DNA from: the human T2T-CHM13v2.0 reference genome, Homo sapiens
Length of the DNA stretch: 64,000 nt
Direction: 5' to 3' (one strand)
Assembly (NCBI RefSeq): GCF_009914755.1
Contig: NC_060933.1
Part shown: one piece after another, positions 1 to 18,012 of the stretch
How positions within the stretch are numbered: position 1 is the stretch's first letter
Layout: each line of letters opens with the position of its first letter
Made by a program: the position numbers and the translations under genes
The notes under the pieces: model-generated
Database searches by the model: none
Told to the model about the DNA's origin: nothing
The model's input: only the letters and a program-made list of their open reading frames with translations

Positions 1-612
<612 letters not shown>

Positions 613-636
613 CCACTGCCTTTAAGGAGCAGCTTA

Positions 637-948
<312 letters not shown>

Positions 949-1205
949 TTAAGATCCTAAAAACACAGGATCTGTGACAATTTTCTCCTTTAGCTACGCT
1001 CCAGGGACCTTAGACTTATTTTACAGATGAGAAAACATTCAGAGAAGTTAAGGAATTTCCTAAGGACACACAGCTTGGAAGCAATAAAGCCAGGATTCAA
1101 ACCCAGGCTGTCGTGACCACTCTCTTCTATGCTGTCTATATTGGGGTGACTGTACAATTTATTGTCCAAACTGAGATGCTTTCACGTGTGATAAAAGGTC
1201 CTATT

Positions 1206-1803
1206 GGCCAGGCACAGTGGCTCACACCTGTATTCCCAGCACTTTGGGAGGCTGAGGCATGAGGATCGTTTGAGGCAAGGAGTTACAGACCAGCTTGGGC
1301 AAGATGGTGAAACCCCCATCGCTACAAAAATAATTTTAAAAATTAGCCGGGCATGGTGGCACACACCTGTAGTCCTAGCTACTTGGAAGGCTGAGGCGAG
1401 AGGATCCCTTGAGCCTAGGAGTTTGAGGTTGCAGTGAGCTGTGATGGCACCACTGCACTCCAACCTGGACAACGGTGTAAGACTCCATCTCTTAAAAAGA
1501 AAAAAATAAGGCCCTGGCTGGGTGCAGTGGCTCACGCCTGTAATCCCAGCACTTTGGGAGGCCGAGGTGGGTGGATCGCCTGAGGACAGGAGGTCGAGAC
1601 CAGCCTGGCCAATGTGGTGAGACCCTGTCTCTACTAAAATACAAAAATTAACTGGTGCACACTTGTAATCCCAGCTACTCGGGAGGCTGAGGTAGGAGAA
1701 TCACTTGAGCCCAGGAGGGGAGGTTGCAGTGAGCTGAGATCACACCACTGCACTCTAGCCTGGGCAATAGAGTGAGACTCTGTCTCAAAAAAAAAAAAAA
1801 AAA
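1206..1803 (+). mobile_element. Two tandem Alus (J-like, then S-like)
   Basis: Two dimers; gtcctatt flanks both ends of the pair. Confidence 0.9.
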
Positions 1804-2054
1804 GTCCTATTAATCCTTATGTCAGGACAACAGACACAAACTCTATGTCTCTGTGTAACAGAAACAGGGCATGGAGTACCTTTCCTGTCAGTCCTTGAAG
1901 TGCGTAACACAGAAAGGTGGAAAAGGCGTACCTGTCTTTGTGGCTGTCCTCTGTTAGGGGCAGCAGGAGGCCTGTGTAGTAGGGGGCGTAGTTCTGATCC
2001 TGGGCCCCTTCCCTGCGAGCCCTTGGTAATGCTCAGGTGGGTGTCCTCACACAG

Positions 2055-2189
2055 CCACAGAGACACCGCCACCAAGATCGCAGCCACTGCTTGGAGGGCC
2101 CTGCTCGCCTCCAACACCAGCTACGCGCTTCTCTGGAATCTGCTGGAGGGAAGGGTGGCCCTAGAGACCCAGCGGGACCTGGAGGACAG
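2055..2189 (+). CDS. LAMC3: Laminin gamma-3 coding exon (8th from last; probably exon 21), S|HRDTATKIAATAWRALLASNTSYALLWNLLEGRVALETQRDLEDR
   Basis: cacag| acceptor and AG|gtgagg donor; 135 nt, phase 2-2; peptide recognised as laminin gamma-3 coiled coil. The 5' edge is slightly ambiguous because of a second cacag at 2060. Confidence 0.9.
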
Positions 2190-2663
2190 GTGAGGCCTCC
2201 CCAGGTGTGGGTAGAAACTTTGGGGTTGGCCTCCTGGAGCCAACAGGGCCTAGCCAAAGGCTGCTGGTTCCAGAGCCAGCTCCCTTGAGTCCTGACGTTC
2301 TTTGTCGTTGGTGTCTTGGGTCTGCATCCTCCTCGGAGTGGGGCCACAGGGTCTTGGGCCCACTCGGTGGTGAGTCGCAGTAACCCACTTTTGCCTGGGG
2401 GGATGCAACTCAGCCTCTTCAAGAGAAGAGACAAGAACTGGAACCCAGAGCAACAGATCCCTTGCTCTCCTTCTGCCGCATTCCCTGACCCCCCTGGCCC
2501 CGGCGCCCCAGCCCAGGGCAGCTCCTCTGAGCTCCTCTGAGGCACCAGCTTCTTTCTCTGCCTCTGCAGACAGACGGCTCTGCTTTTCTGCTTTGGTGAC
2601 CCCTTCTGTCCCTCTCAGTTTAAAGGTTCATGGAGACTCCCCAGCATCTTGCTTGAGCCCCTT

Positions 2664-2695
2664 GACATTCCTAAACGAGACATTCCTAAACGAGA
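2664..2695 (+). repeat. Perfect 15-bp tandem duplication gacattcctaaacga x2, next to MLT1/LTR-like sequence
   Basis: Duplication read directly; LTR assignment is tentative. Confidence 0.8.
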
Positions 2696-3245
2696 ATGGG
2701 ATTGGCTCCGCTTAGATCAGGTGTCCAGCCCTGAGCCAGTCACCATGGCTGGGGGAGGTCACATGACCCACCCCAGGGGCAGAGCGATGGCTCTCTAAGG
2801 AGGAGTAAGGGATGGAAGGGAAGCCAGAGGTCTCCACCCCAGCAATGCCCTTGTCGAGGAAGAATGGGTGGGACAGGATGTGGACAGCTGGTCAGGACAG
2901 AAAACCCATCCTAGCTGATTGGTTATAGACCACAGGCCTGTCAGGGCAAAAGGGCCCACAGGGATTCTGCAGCCCAGGGCTCTCCATTCATCAGTGGTGA
3001 GGACGTGCCCAAGGTCTCTGGAAAGGGCATGGCCGAGCCAGGACCAGGACCGGGGCCGCTGTGCTCCCCACTTCACCGGGCATTTTCCTCTTCACCATTC
3101 ACCCAGAAGAGCCAAACATTTGCAAACATGTGATTCTTGAGTGGAAACCAAGCAGAGCCCTTTCAGCAAAGTGTGGCTGAGCTGAATGATGCAGAAACAA
3201 GAATGTGGCCCTTTCACAGCCCGTCTGGCTCATCTGAAAGCTTCA

Positions 3246-3992
<747 letters not shown>

Positions 3993-4433
3993 TCATTTTT
4001 AACTATATTGCAGCTAAGTCAAATGATATAACCTACCTATGGGGCTTGGCAGAGTCAGAGCTCAACCATTTCAACCATTCTCTGTTGATAATGTTAAGGC
4101 TGGGGCCTCTTCCTCCTTACAGTGACATTAGCAGTGTCATCAGATGGACACGGGATGCAATCCCAGCTCTGCCACTCCAGCTCTGTGACCTCGGCCAAGG
4201 ACTTTCCCTTCCTGAGCCTCAGTCTGTCACATAGAACTCACCCATTAGGTTATTTCGAGGCTGCTTCCATGGGAGCTGGACAGAGATTCGGGAGCAATGC
4301 ACGAGGTAGCTGGCCGACCCCTCTGTGCTCATCGCCTTATACTCATCACCTCTGCATGAACCGGGTCCATCGTGTCGATTCAGTAACCCTGAAATCCCAA
4401 AACTCAGAAACTGAACATTAAAGAACTCAGCTT

Positions 4434-4736
4434 GGCCGGGCGCGGTGGCTCACACCTGTAATCCTAGCACTTTGGGAGGCTGAGGCGGGCGGATCACGAG
4501 ATCAGGAGATCGAGACCATCCTGGCTAACATGGTGAAACCCCATCTCTACTAAAAATACAAAAAAATTAGCCAGGCATGGTGGCGGGCGTCTGTAGTCCC
4601 AACTACTCGGGAGGCTGAGAATGGCATGAACCTGGGAGGCGGAGCTTGCAGTAAGCTGAGATTGCGCCACTGCACTCCAGCCTAGGTGACAGAGTGAGAT
4701 TCTGTCTCAAAACAAAACAAAACAAAACAAAAAAAA
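4434..4736 (+). mobile_element. Alu (Y/Sc-like)
   Basis: Full dimer, (caaaa)n tail, TSD aactcagctt. Confidence 0.95.
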
Positions 4737-5372
4737 CTCAGCTTATAAAAATGCATTTGGGACAAGTGCTAACCCAGATTGATGCCCAAGGCTGCTTATT
4801 TGAGATCTTTGCTCCTCCCACTGCGTGCGGAGAGTAATGCACAGCTGTTAGTGTGTTTGAGCCCAGGTTCTGCTTCCAGCACCACTCAGGGTGTTAGGTC
4901 ATAGGTAGAACCTGCACAGTTCTCCTATAAGTCTGGGAAATTCTGCATTCGGAAGCCATCCAGCCCCCAGATCTCAGTTCAGGGCTGTGGAGCTGGGGAA
5001 GCATTCCCACTTTGCAGTGGGGCAGTGTGGGTCAGGGAGGTTAGCTGGGTTGCTCAAGGCCACGCAGCTAGAAATTGGTAGGACTGTCATCTGAGCCCCA
5101 AGTAAGGGCTTCCCCAGCCTGGCTCCTCTCGCCCTGGGCCCTCTGCCTCCAGGGGTCCACACAAAGCCTGACCCCTGCTATTCCTGCCTCTGGGCTTCCG
5201 AGCTACCTGGGGCATCAGCTAGGCTCACCAGGTTTTCAGGGGGCTTGGGTTCTTGGCTGGCAGCCAGGGGCAGACCCGCCGCCTCAGCCCAGCAGGGCAC
5301 CTCCCCCAAGGAGAGGATCCGCTGCTTGCCCTTCCTTTCCAGGCCCTGCCTGAGCGCATTGTCTCCCTGCAG

Positions 5373-5522
5373 CCTCAGAAGTCCCGGGCTGAAGACCTGG
5401 GCCTGAAGGCGAAGGCCCTGGAGAAGACAGTTGCATCATGGCAGCACATGGCCACTGAGGCTGCCCGAACCCTCCAGACTGCTGCCCAGGCGACGCTACG
5501 GCAAACAGAACCCCTCACAAAG
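5373..5522 (+). CDS. LAMC3: LAMC3 coding exon, PQKSRAEDLGLKAKALEKTVASWQHMATEAARTLQTAAQATLRQTEPLTK
   Basis: ccctgcag| acceptor, AAG|gtcagc donor; 150 nt, phase 0-0. Confidence 0.95.
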
Positions 5523-5636
5523 GTCAGCTCTTGTGCTTTGAAGCAGGGGACCTGGGAGAGGTTGGGGCTACCCTGAAGGTGATCCAGGGTCAGGGTTGCA
5601 GGAGGGAGAAGGGCAGAGACAGAAGTAGCTCTGTCC

Positions 5637-6141
<505 letters not shown>

Positions 6142-6195
6142 TCATTTGAAAGCTGCAGAGAAGCGGCCACTTTCCAAGGCAGCTGTACCGATAAT

Positions 6196-6829
<634 letters not shown>

Positions 6830-7124
6830 TAAGGGGGCTGTCTGTGAGGCATGAGAATGTATCTGAAGAGCTGAGCCCAGTGCCTGCCGCTTACCCGGGG
6901 AGTTTGGCTTTGCCCCCGGGGTAGCACCTGCTGATCTGGTCCACTGCCCTCGTCCAGGGTGAGGTTGCCAGGAAGAGAGGTGACTTCCCCAGGAGTCAGG
7001 GCCAGGCCCCAGCGTGTACAGATGCCTCACCCCACCACAGCACCCATGCCTTCGTCCTCCTCCCCACCCCATGAGCAATCAGAATAGGCCTGAGGCAGTA
7101 CTAGTGGCTCCTCAAACTACTATT

Positions 7125-7530
7125 TATTTATTCTTGTTACAGTGACATTCACGTGGCATACAAACACCCATTTTAGATGCAATGGCTTTAGCACGTTCAC
7201 GATGTTATGCCACCTCCACCTCAGTCTAGTTTCAGAACATTCTCACCACCCCTAACTCCATGCCCACTCAGCAGTCCCTCCTCATTTCCACTTCCGAGGC
7301 CCGGGCAGCCTCCACTCTGTTCTCTGTCTCTGTAGATTTCCTTAGTCCAGCTCTTTTGCAGAAATGGAATCGTGTAATATGTGCCGATGGTGTCAGGCTT
7401 CCTCCTGATGGCATCACCTTTTCAGGGTTCACCTGCCTTGCGGCCTGGATCTATACTTCCTCCCTTTGAAAGGCTCGGTCATATTCCAGTGTGTGGATGA
7501 AGCACATTTTGTTTACCCACTCATCTATCA
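7125..7530 (-). mobile_element. Old L1M 3' fragment
   Basis: Antisense L1M motifs (agaacattctcaccacc..aaatggaatc..atattccagtgtgtggat..acattttgtttacccactcat). Confidence 0.6.
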
Positions 7531-7660
7531 GACCCAAATTCTTTCAGTGTATCTAGTCCTGTTGAGTGGCAGTGGGGAAGAAACTGATCTTCCATAAGTC
7601 AAGGTGGTGTCATAAACAGATTTGCGATTTTCACATCCACTTGCTGAGATAGAGCAGTGT

Positions 7661-7999
7661 TCCCTCCCTCCCTCCCTCCCTCCCTCCCTTCCTTCCTTTC
7701 TTTCTCTCTCTTTTTTAGATGGAATCTTTATGCCACCCAGGCTGGAGTGCAGTGGCTTGATCTCCGCTCACTATAACCTCTGCCCCATAGGTTCAAGCCA
7801 TACTCCCGCCTCAGCCTCCCCCAGTAGCTGGGATTGCAGGCATGCACCACCACACCTAGCTAATTTTAAATAAATTTTTAGTAGAGACAGGGTTTCACCA
7901 TGTTGGCCAGGCTGGTCTCGAACTCCTGACCTCAAGTGATCTGCCCACCTCGGCCTTCCAAAGTGTTGGGATTACAGGTGTGAGTCTCTGTGCCTGGCC
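7661..7999 (-). mobile_element. Alu with (CCCT)n/(CT)n-derived tail
   Basis: Antisense dimer plus microsatellite. Confidence 0.9.
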
Positions 8000-8283
8000 A
8001 ATAGAACATGTTCTAAAGAGATGTTCAGGTGTTCTCGTTCCTTTAATTCTAGTGTTTTAGTTTTCCTCCGGGCTTTTGTGGACAGGTATCTCTTGGGAGA
8101 CATTCGGAGTTCAACTTTTGTATAATAACACAGATCAGGTGCTCCTGGTGGACAGCGTGACCCAGCGTCAGGGATTTGGTGATGATTTGGGCACCCATGT
8201 ATGTGGGTTTGGTGCCCACTGAGCTGCCCCTGGGCCCTGCTCCTGTGGAGCCAGCTGCCCAGCCTCTCCTCATCTCTCTCCAG

Positions 8284-8386
8284 CTGCACCAGGAGGCCAG
8301 AGCCGCCCTGACCCAGGCTTCCTCATCTGTCCAGGCTGCGACAGTGACTGTCATGGGAGCCAGGACTCTGCTGGCTGATCTGGAAG
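8284..8386 (+). CDS. LAMC3: LAMC3 coding exon, LHQEARAALTQASSSVQAATVTVMGARTLLADLE|G
   Basis: Pyrimidine tract plus cag| acceptor, AAG|gtacgt donor; 103 nt, phase 0-1. Confidence 0.95.
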
Positions 8387-10090
8387 GTACGTGAGTCCAG
8401 CTGACCACTAGGCTGTGTAATGACGAACGCCCCTGACAGCCACTCACCTCTCGCCTCAGCCAGGGCAGGCTTGCAGAGGACAGGAGTCTGGTCTTGTGGG
8501 CTTAATTAAGCCAAACAGACTTTCCCTCCACCTCTCAGGATCCTGCCCCATCTCATACATCACTCACCTCGGACTTGCCCATGTGGCTATCCCATACACC
8601 CCAGGTCATCAGACCACATGCAGAGCCCCTCCAGACCAAGTGAGAGGAGACTCTAACATCATTGGCTGTTCAACCAGGTCAAGTCCACTCTGGCCTGGGC
8701 TCCAGTTAGTTATCTGATACAAATATGGCTGTCCGGGTCCAATGTTGAGTTGGGGCTATGGGAAGCAGATGGAGTTTCTCTTTAGAAGGGGCTATGGGTT
8801 GATGCCAGTCTAGTGCCCCCATTTTGCAGATGGGTAGGCTGAGGAAAGGAATTGCTATTCATCCCTGGGTCAGAGCTAAGCTGGGAATAGAAGCCAGCAA
8901 GTATTACGATTCTGCAAGTATCCACCTGTGTGATGGGCTTCTGTGATACCCAATTTGCTCCAGAGAGAAGCCCCCTCACCCTTTGTTTGTGGCTCCTTAT
9001 CCAACGGGCTGGATAAGGCAGGAACACACTCTGAACCCCAGATGTCTCTTGGGGTCTGAGGCCAGAAGTCAGGCTTCTGCTGTTGTTCTGTGGCCTCCCT
9101 CCCCAGCCCTGCCCACTGCCCGGAAGAGATGGAGCGCTAGCTGTGGACCCAGCCCCTCTGGGGCAGAGGATGGGCTGGTCAGTGCTCCTGTTCCCCAGCT
9201 TCCTGGCGGCTTGAAGTCCTAGTCACCCATCGTTTGGGGACTTCCTGTCGGAAAGGCGTGGCCGTGTGTGCTTAAGTATCTAGAGTCATATTTAGAAAAA
9301 GGTACATTCAATGACTTATAATGATGGAATGTTAGGATCTTAGAACATTAGAATTATAAGAGGTCTTAAGGTCATCTGCTGCAAATCTCACACCTGGCAG
9401 TGGACTCGCCCACCCTCAGCTTGCCTATCTCCAACAATGGGGGGCTCACTACCTTACAAGCTTTTACCTTCTCATTGTCGGGTTCTGAGAATGAGAACAT
9501 TCTTGTGTGTAGTGGATGGAAATTTCCTTGCACTGTTCCCATAATCCACAGGAGGGCTAACCTCAAACCTCTAACCCCAGGCTCTTTTCCCCATTCTGAT
9601 CCCATTTTAGAGACACCCTTTCTTACCACCAGCTTGGCTGTGCTCAGTTGGTGTTCAGGATAAAAGGAAAATTCACAAGGTGAACTGTGGAGCAGTCTTC
9701 CCCAGGGTGTGGCCGGGGGTCTCCTAGCCTATTGATACGCTCTGCCAAGAGAGGGTTTGTGTTCAAATAAGTTTAGGAACTGTCTCTTGCTGCAGCATCC
9801 TCTTGAGGTCTTACAGAGAACGCTTGAGAATATTAAAGGTTCTGAGAAGGCCTGTAATAAAGAAACCTGCTTCACTTTCAACTTAATTGACACTTCCCCC
9901 TAACGTTTGTTAACACCGTGGAGAATTAGGGCTCCACACAATACATGCTGAGAAACATCAATTTTGTGTACAAGGAGCAAAGCAGGTCTAATTTCTGGAT
10001 GGAACAATTCTATAATATTATGCCCTCAAAGATTAGAAGGCTTTATTCATTTTAAAAATTGACTTTTACTTTGTCCACTGTAATAAGTGC

Positions 10091-11231
<1,141 letters not shown>

Positions 11232-11748
11232 TCAATCAAACATTTGGTTTCTGCAATGTCATTATCGAGATTTTCTGGTACTTCTCCCTCTCCTCTGTCC
11301 TTCCTCATCCCTCCAGTTACATCAGACTCTTGGTTTTCCATGGTAAGGATCCATTTGTTGATTTACCCATCACTATACACTGCCTTAAAGCATTGTTTAG
11401 ACGTAGGCAGTACATGAAAATGCCGAGCTGAGCAGACTGAGCCATGGACTGTGCTAGTCCCCACCACTGGCCCCAGCATTGACCACCATGTAATTCCTTG
11501 ACTTTAATAGACATCCTAATAGAATGAATACTCATCTCAAAATTCCCCAAGCAGTATGTCTGTGTCTCGCTTGCTTTTGTTTTCTCCTGGATAAGCCTGA
11601 GAAGGCGATATGCACGTTGCATGCACTTCAGACCTCCACTCGTTGTCCAAGGGTCTGTGGTCAGCCAGGCAGCTCTGCCAGCGGCTGCCTGGGAGGCACC
11701 GGAGGTGTGAGCCCAGTTCCCCTGACCCAGCCTCAGCCGGGTTTGCAG

Positions 11749-11948
11749 GAATGAAGCTGCAGTTTCCCCGGCCCAAGGACCAGGCGGCATTGCAGAGGAA
11801 GGCAGACTCCGTCAGTGACAGACTCCTTGCAGACACGAGAAAGAAGACCAAGCAGGCGGAGAGGATGCTGGGAAACGCGGCCCCTCTTTCCTCCAGTGCC
11901 AAGAAGAAGGGCAGAGAAGCAGAGGTGTTGGCCAAGGACAGTGCCAAG
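11749..11948 (+). CDS. LAMC3: LAMC3 coding exon, G|MKLQFPRPKDQAALQRKADSVSDRLLADTRKKTKQAERMLGNAAPLSSSAKKKGREAEVLAKDSAK
   Basis: tttgcag| acceptor, AAG|gtcagg donor; 200 nt, phase 1-0. Confidence 0.95.
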
Positions 11949-12235
11949 GTCAGGGTGGTGGCTGTGACAACAGTGGCCTCCTTCCCTCCCGGGGGGACCG
12001 CCCTTCCGCGGGCCCCTTCCCGACATCCGTGCTGACTACTCCGCACTCACTCACTGCTCAGTGGGCCCAGGCAATTAGCTCAGAGACTTCACGGGGGTGA
12101 GTCTGTGGGTTCCTCACGAAATAGGTGTCATTGCTGTCCCCATTGTACAGGTGAGAATGCTGAGGTGCAGCCAGCTTCATGAACTTAACCAGGACTTACA
12201 CCTGGGTCTGCTGGCTTTCCTGCCTAAACTTCTAG

Positions 12236-13391
<1,156 letters not shown>

Positions 13392-13700
13392 TAGGGGTCC
13401 CCGGGCTTGATCTCTTGTCATGCCCCTCGGGCTTTGGCCAGCCCCTCCTCCCCTCTGTGCCTCTGTTTCCTCACCTGTAAAATAGTTAGAATTGCTCCTC
13501 CTGAAACGGGTGGTATCCAGCAGTCTACACTGTGCCCAGCACTTAGCCTGCATTCAGTACATATTTGTTGCGTGCATGAATGAATGAATGATCTGCCTGG
13601 TACAGACAACTGCTTGGCATCATTGCCATAAGAGCTATTTACCTCCAAAAGGACTTGCTGCACTCACTTCTTCTCCCTGCCACTGCCACCCATCCCATAG

Positions 13701-13847
13701 CTTGCCAAGGCCTTGCTGAGGGAGCGGAAACAGGCGCACCGCCGTGCCAGCAGGCTCACCAGCCAGACGCAAGCCACGCTCCAACAGGCGTCCCAGCAGG
13801 TGCTGGCGTCTGAAGCACGCAGACAGGAGCTGGAGGAAGCTGAGCGG
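13701..13847 (+). CDS. LAMC3: LAMC3 coding exon, LAKALLRERKQAHRRASRLTSQTQATLQQASQQVLASEARRQELEEAER
   Basis: cccatag| acceptor, |gtacgt donor; 147 nt, phase 0-0. Confidence 0.95.
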
Positions 13848-13942
13848 GTACGTTTGCCAGGGCCCCTACCCTATCGCCTCCTGCCCCTGGCAGCCCGGGT
13901 GGGGACGCCATTCAAGCTGTTTCTTCCTCCTCCCCCTGAAAG

Positions 13943-14042
13943 GTGGGTGCTGGGCTGAGCGAGATGGAGCAGCAGATCCGGGAATCGCGTATCTCACTGG
14001 AGAAGGACATCGAGACCTTGTCAGAGCTGCTTGCCAGGCTGG
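13943..14042 (+). CDS. LAMC3: LAMC3 penultimate exon, VGAGLSEMEQQIRESRISLEKDIETLSELLARL|G
   Basis: Follows a 95-nt intron; gaaag| acceptor, G|gtaagg donor; 100 nt, phase 0-1. Confidence 0.95.
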
Positions 14043-14951
14043 GTAAGGAGGCCCTAAGGCTGGGCCCTGAACCCCTGGGTCCCTGGGGCACCTCTAGGAT
14101 CTTCCTGTGAGCTCCAGTCCTGGGGAAGATTTCCTCCTTGTCCTCATTGCCATGCTTCCCGCATCCCCATCTTTGTGGTCAATCACAAGCATTTATAACC
14201 ATGCCCAGGCCCCCTTGCCATGTGGGACAGGGTTGGCATCTAGAAGTGAGTTCACTTTGAGTAACTGTTTGTGCCTCCAGGGCCCTCTATTCTTTGGGGC
14301 AGGGCAGGGGGCACACAGAAAACTCACCATTGGCAAGAACACCCACAGGCACCGGGTGAGCAGGTGAGCAGGTCAGTCCTCAGGAGCTGAGGGTTCAGGA
14401 GAAGAAGAAAGACTGTCACGGCAGAAAGTGTCATCAGGTGCTGGTCTGGGATCAGACTAAGATTCAAGTCTGGCTCTGTCCCTTCTTTGGCCATTAGACC
14501 TCGGGCAAGCCACTCCACCTCTCTGAGCCTCAGATCCCCCATCTGGAAAATGGGAGTAACAGTGGGGTGGTTTAGAAAGCGCTTACCACGGTGCGTGGTG
14601 TATGTTGAGAGTGAGTAAATAGCGGCTCGTAGGAAGGAGGTCAGATTCAAGATGGGCCTTAGCAAGGAGGCATTTTGGATGAAGGGAATAGCACCTCCCA
14701 AGGCACGAAGGTTGCAGAGGCCCAGTGTTGTGGGGAGGCTCAGGAGACAGCAGACAGGGCAGTTGGGCTGAAAAGAACAGCATGTATTTTTTTCAAATTG
14801 TAAAAGACACATAATATTTTCCATCTTAACCATTTTGAAGTGTACAGTTCAGCAGCATTAAGTATATTCATTGTTGTGCGATCATCACCACTACCCATCT
14901 CTAGAACACTTTCATCATCTCCAACTGAAGCTCTGTCCTCCTGAAACACTA

Positions 14952-15317
<366 letters not shown>

Positions 15318-15328
15318 CTTGCTTAGAA

Positions 15329-16321
<993 letters not shown>

Positions 16322-16700
16322 TAGCACAGAGTTTAGATAATGTGCCCAGGGTCCCACAGCCAGTCGGTAGGAAAGCCGTGGCTCACCTGCGGGTCCAAGT
16401 GACTCAGCGTGCGTGCAGGTAGCCACTAGTCGACACCTAAGGCCCTGTCGTGGAGCAGACACTCTCTTCAACCATTCCTGCATTGTCACTGTCATTCATT
16501 CACTTGTCACACTCTGTGTTGGCCTTGTGCTTGGCCTGGGGATGCAGAATGAAGAGCACACGCCTGGCCCCTTCTCCAGGAGCCCTAGGCAGCCTGGGCA
16601 GGTAGAGTGGGGGCTGTAATCCATTTCTGAATCTCTTCGAAGACCAGGCTGTTTGGATTTTGCTGTGGGCCATGGGGCCTCTTGAGGTCCTCCTAGGTCA

Positions 16701-17325
<625 letters not shown>

Positions 17326-17761
17326 CCCCAGTGATTGCCCACATCCAGGCCCACAGGCGGCATCTGTAAACGTGTGCTGTCAGTGAATTGAGCCAGCATG
17401 TTCAAGCTGGCAAAAATCACAGGGGCCTTTCTCCCACACTGTTTTGTAAATGAGTAAACTAAGACTCAGAGAGGACTCACCTGAGGCCTTCTTTTTTAAC
17501 AATAATAGTAAAACCATCAACAAAAATGACATTTGTCAAGTGCCACCCAGGAGGATGTTCTAGAGTCTGCCCATGGGCCCGTTGGGATGCTATGGGTCCT
17601 CACCCACCTCCCAGCCCTTCTGCTCCCCATCTTTCCCTGGTGGATGGTGGGCCATTGGAATCCTGGGAGGCCTGAGCTGGGGAGAGGCTCAGGGGCTGGG
17701 AGGTGCCCTGGGGCCTGCAGGGCTGCTGGCTCACAGTGAGGCTGTTTGTGCCCCACCACAG

Positions 17762-18012
17762 GGTCGCTGGACACCCATCAAGCCCCAGCCCAGGCCCTGA
17801 ACGAGACTCAGTGGGCACTAGAACGCCTGAGGCTGCAGCTGGGCTCCCCGGGGTCCTTGCAGAGGAAACTCAGTCTGCTGGAGCAGGAATCCCAGCAGCA
17901 GGAGCTGCAGATCCAGGGCTTCGAGAGTGACCTCGCCGAGATCCGCGCCGACAAACAGAACCTGGAGGCCATTCTGCACAGCCTGCCCGAGAACTGTGCC
18001 AGCTGGCAGTGA
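17762..18012 (+). CDS. LAMC3: LAMC3 last coding exon, G|SLDTHQAPAQALNETQWALERLRLQ...LEAILHSLPENCASWQ*
   Basis: cacag| acceptor, TGA at 18010-18012; typical laminin gamma C-terminus with the terminal inter-chain Cys. Confidence 0.97.
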
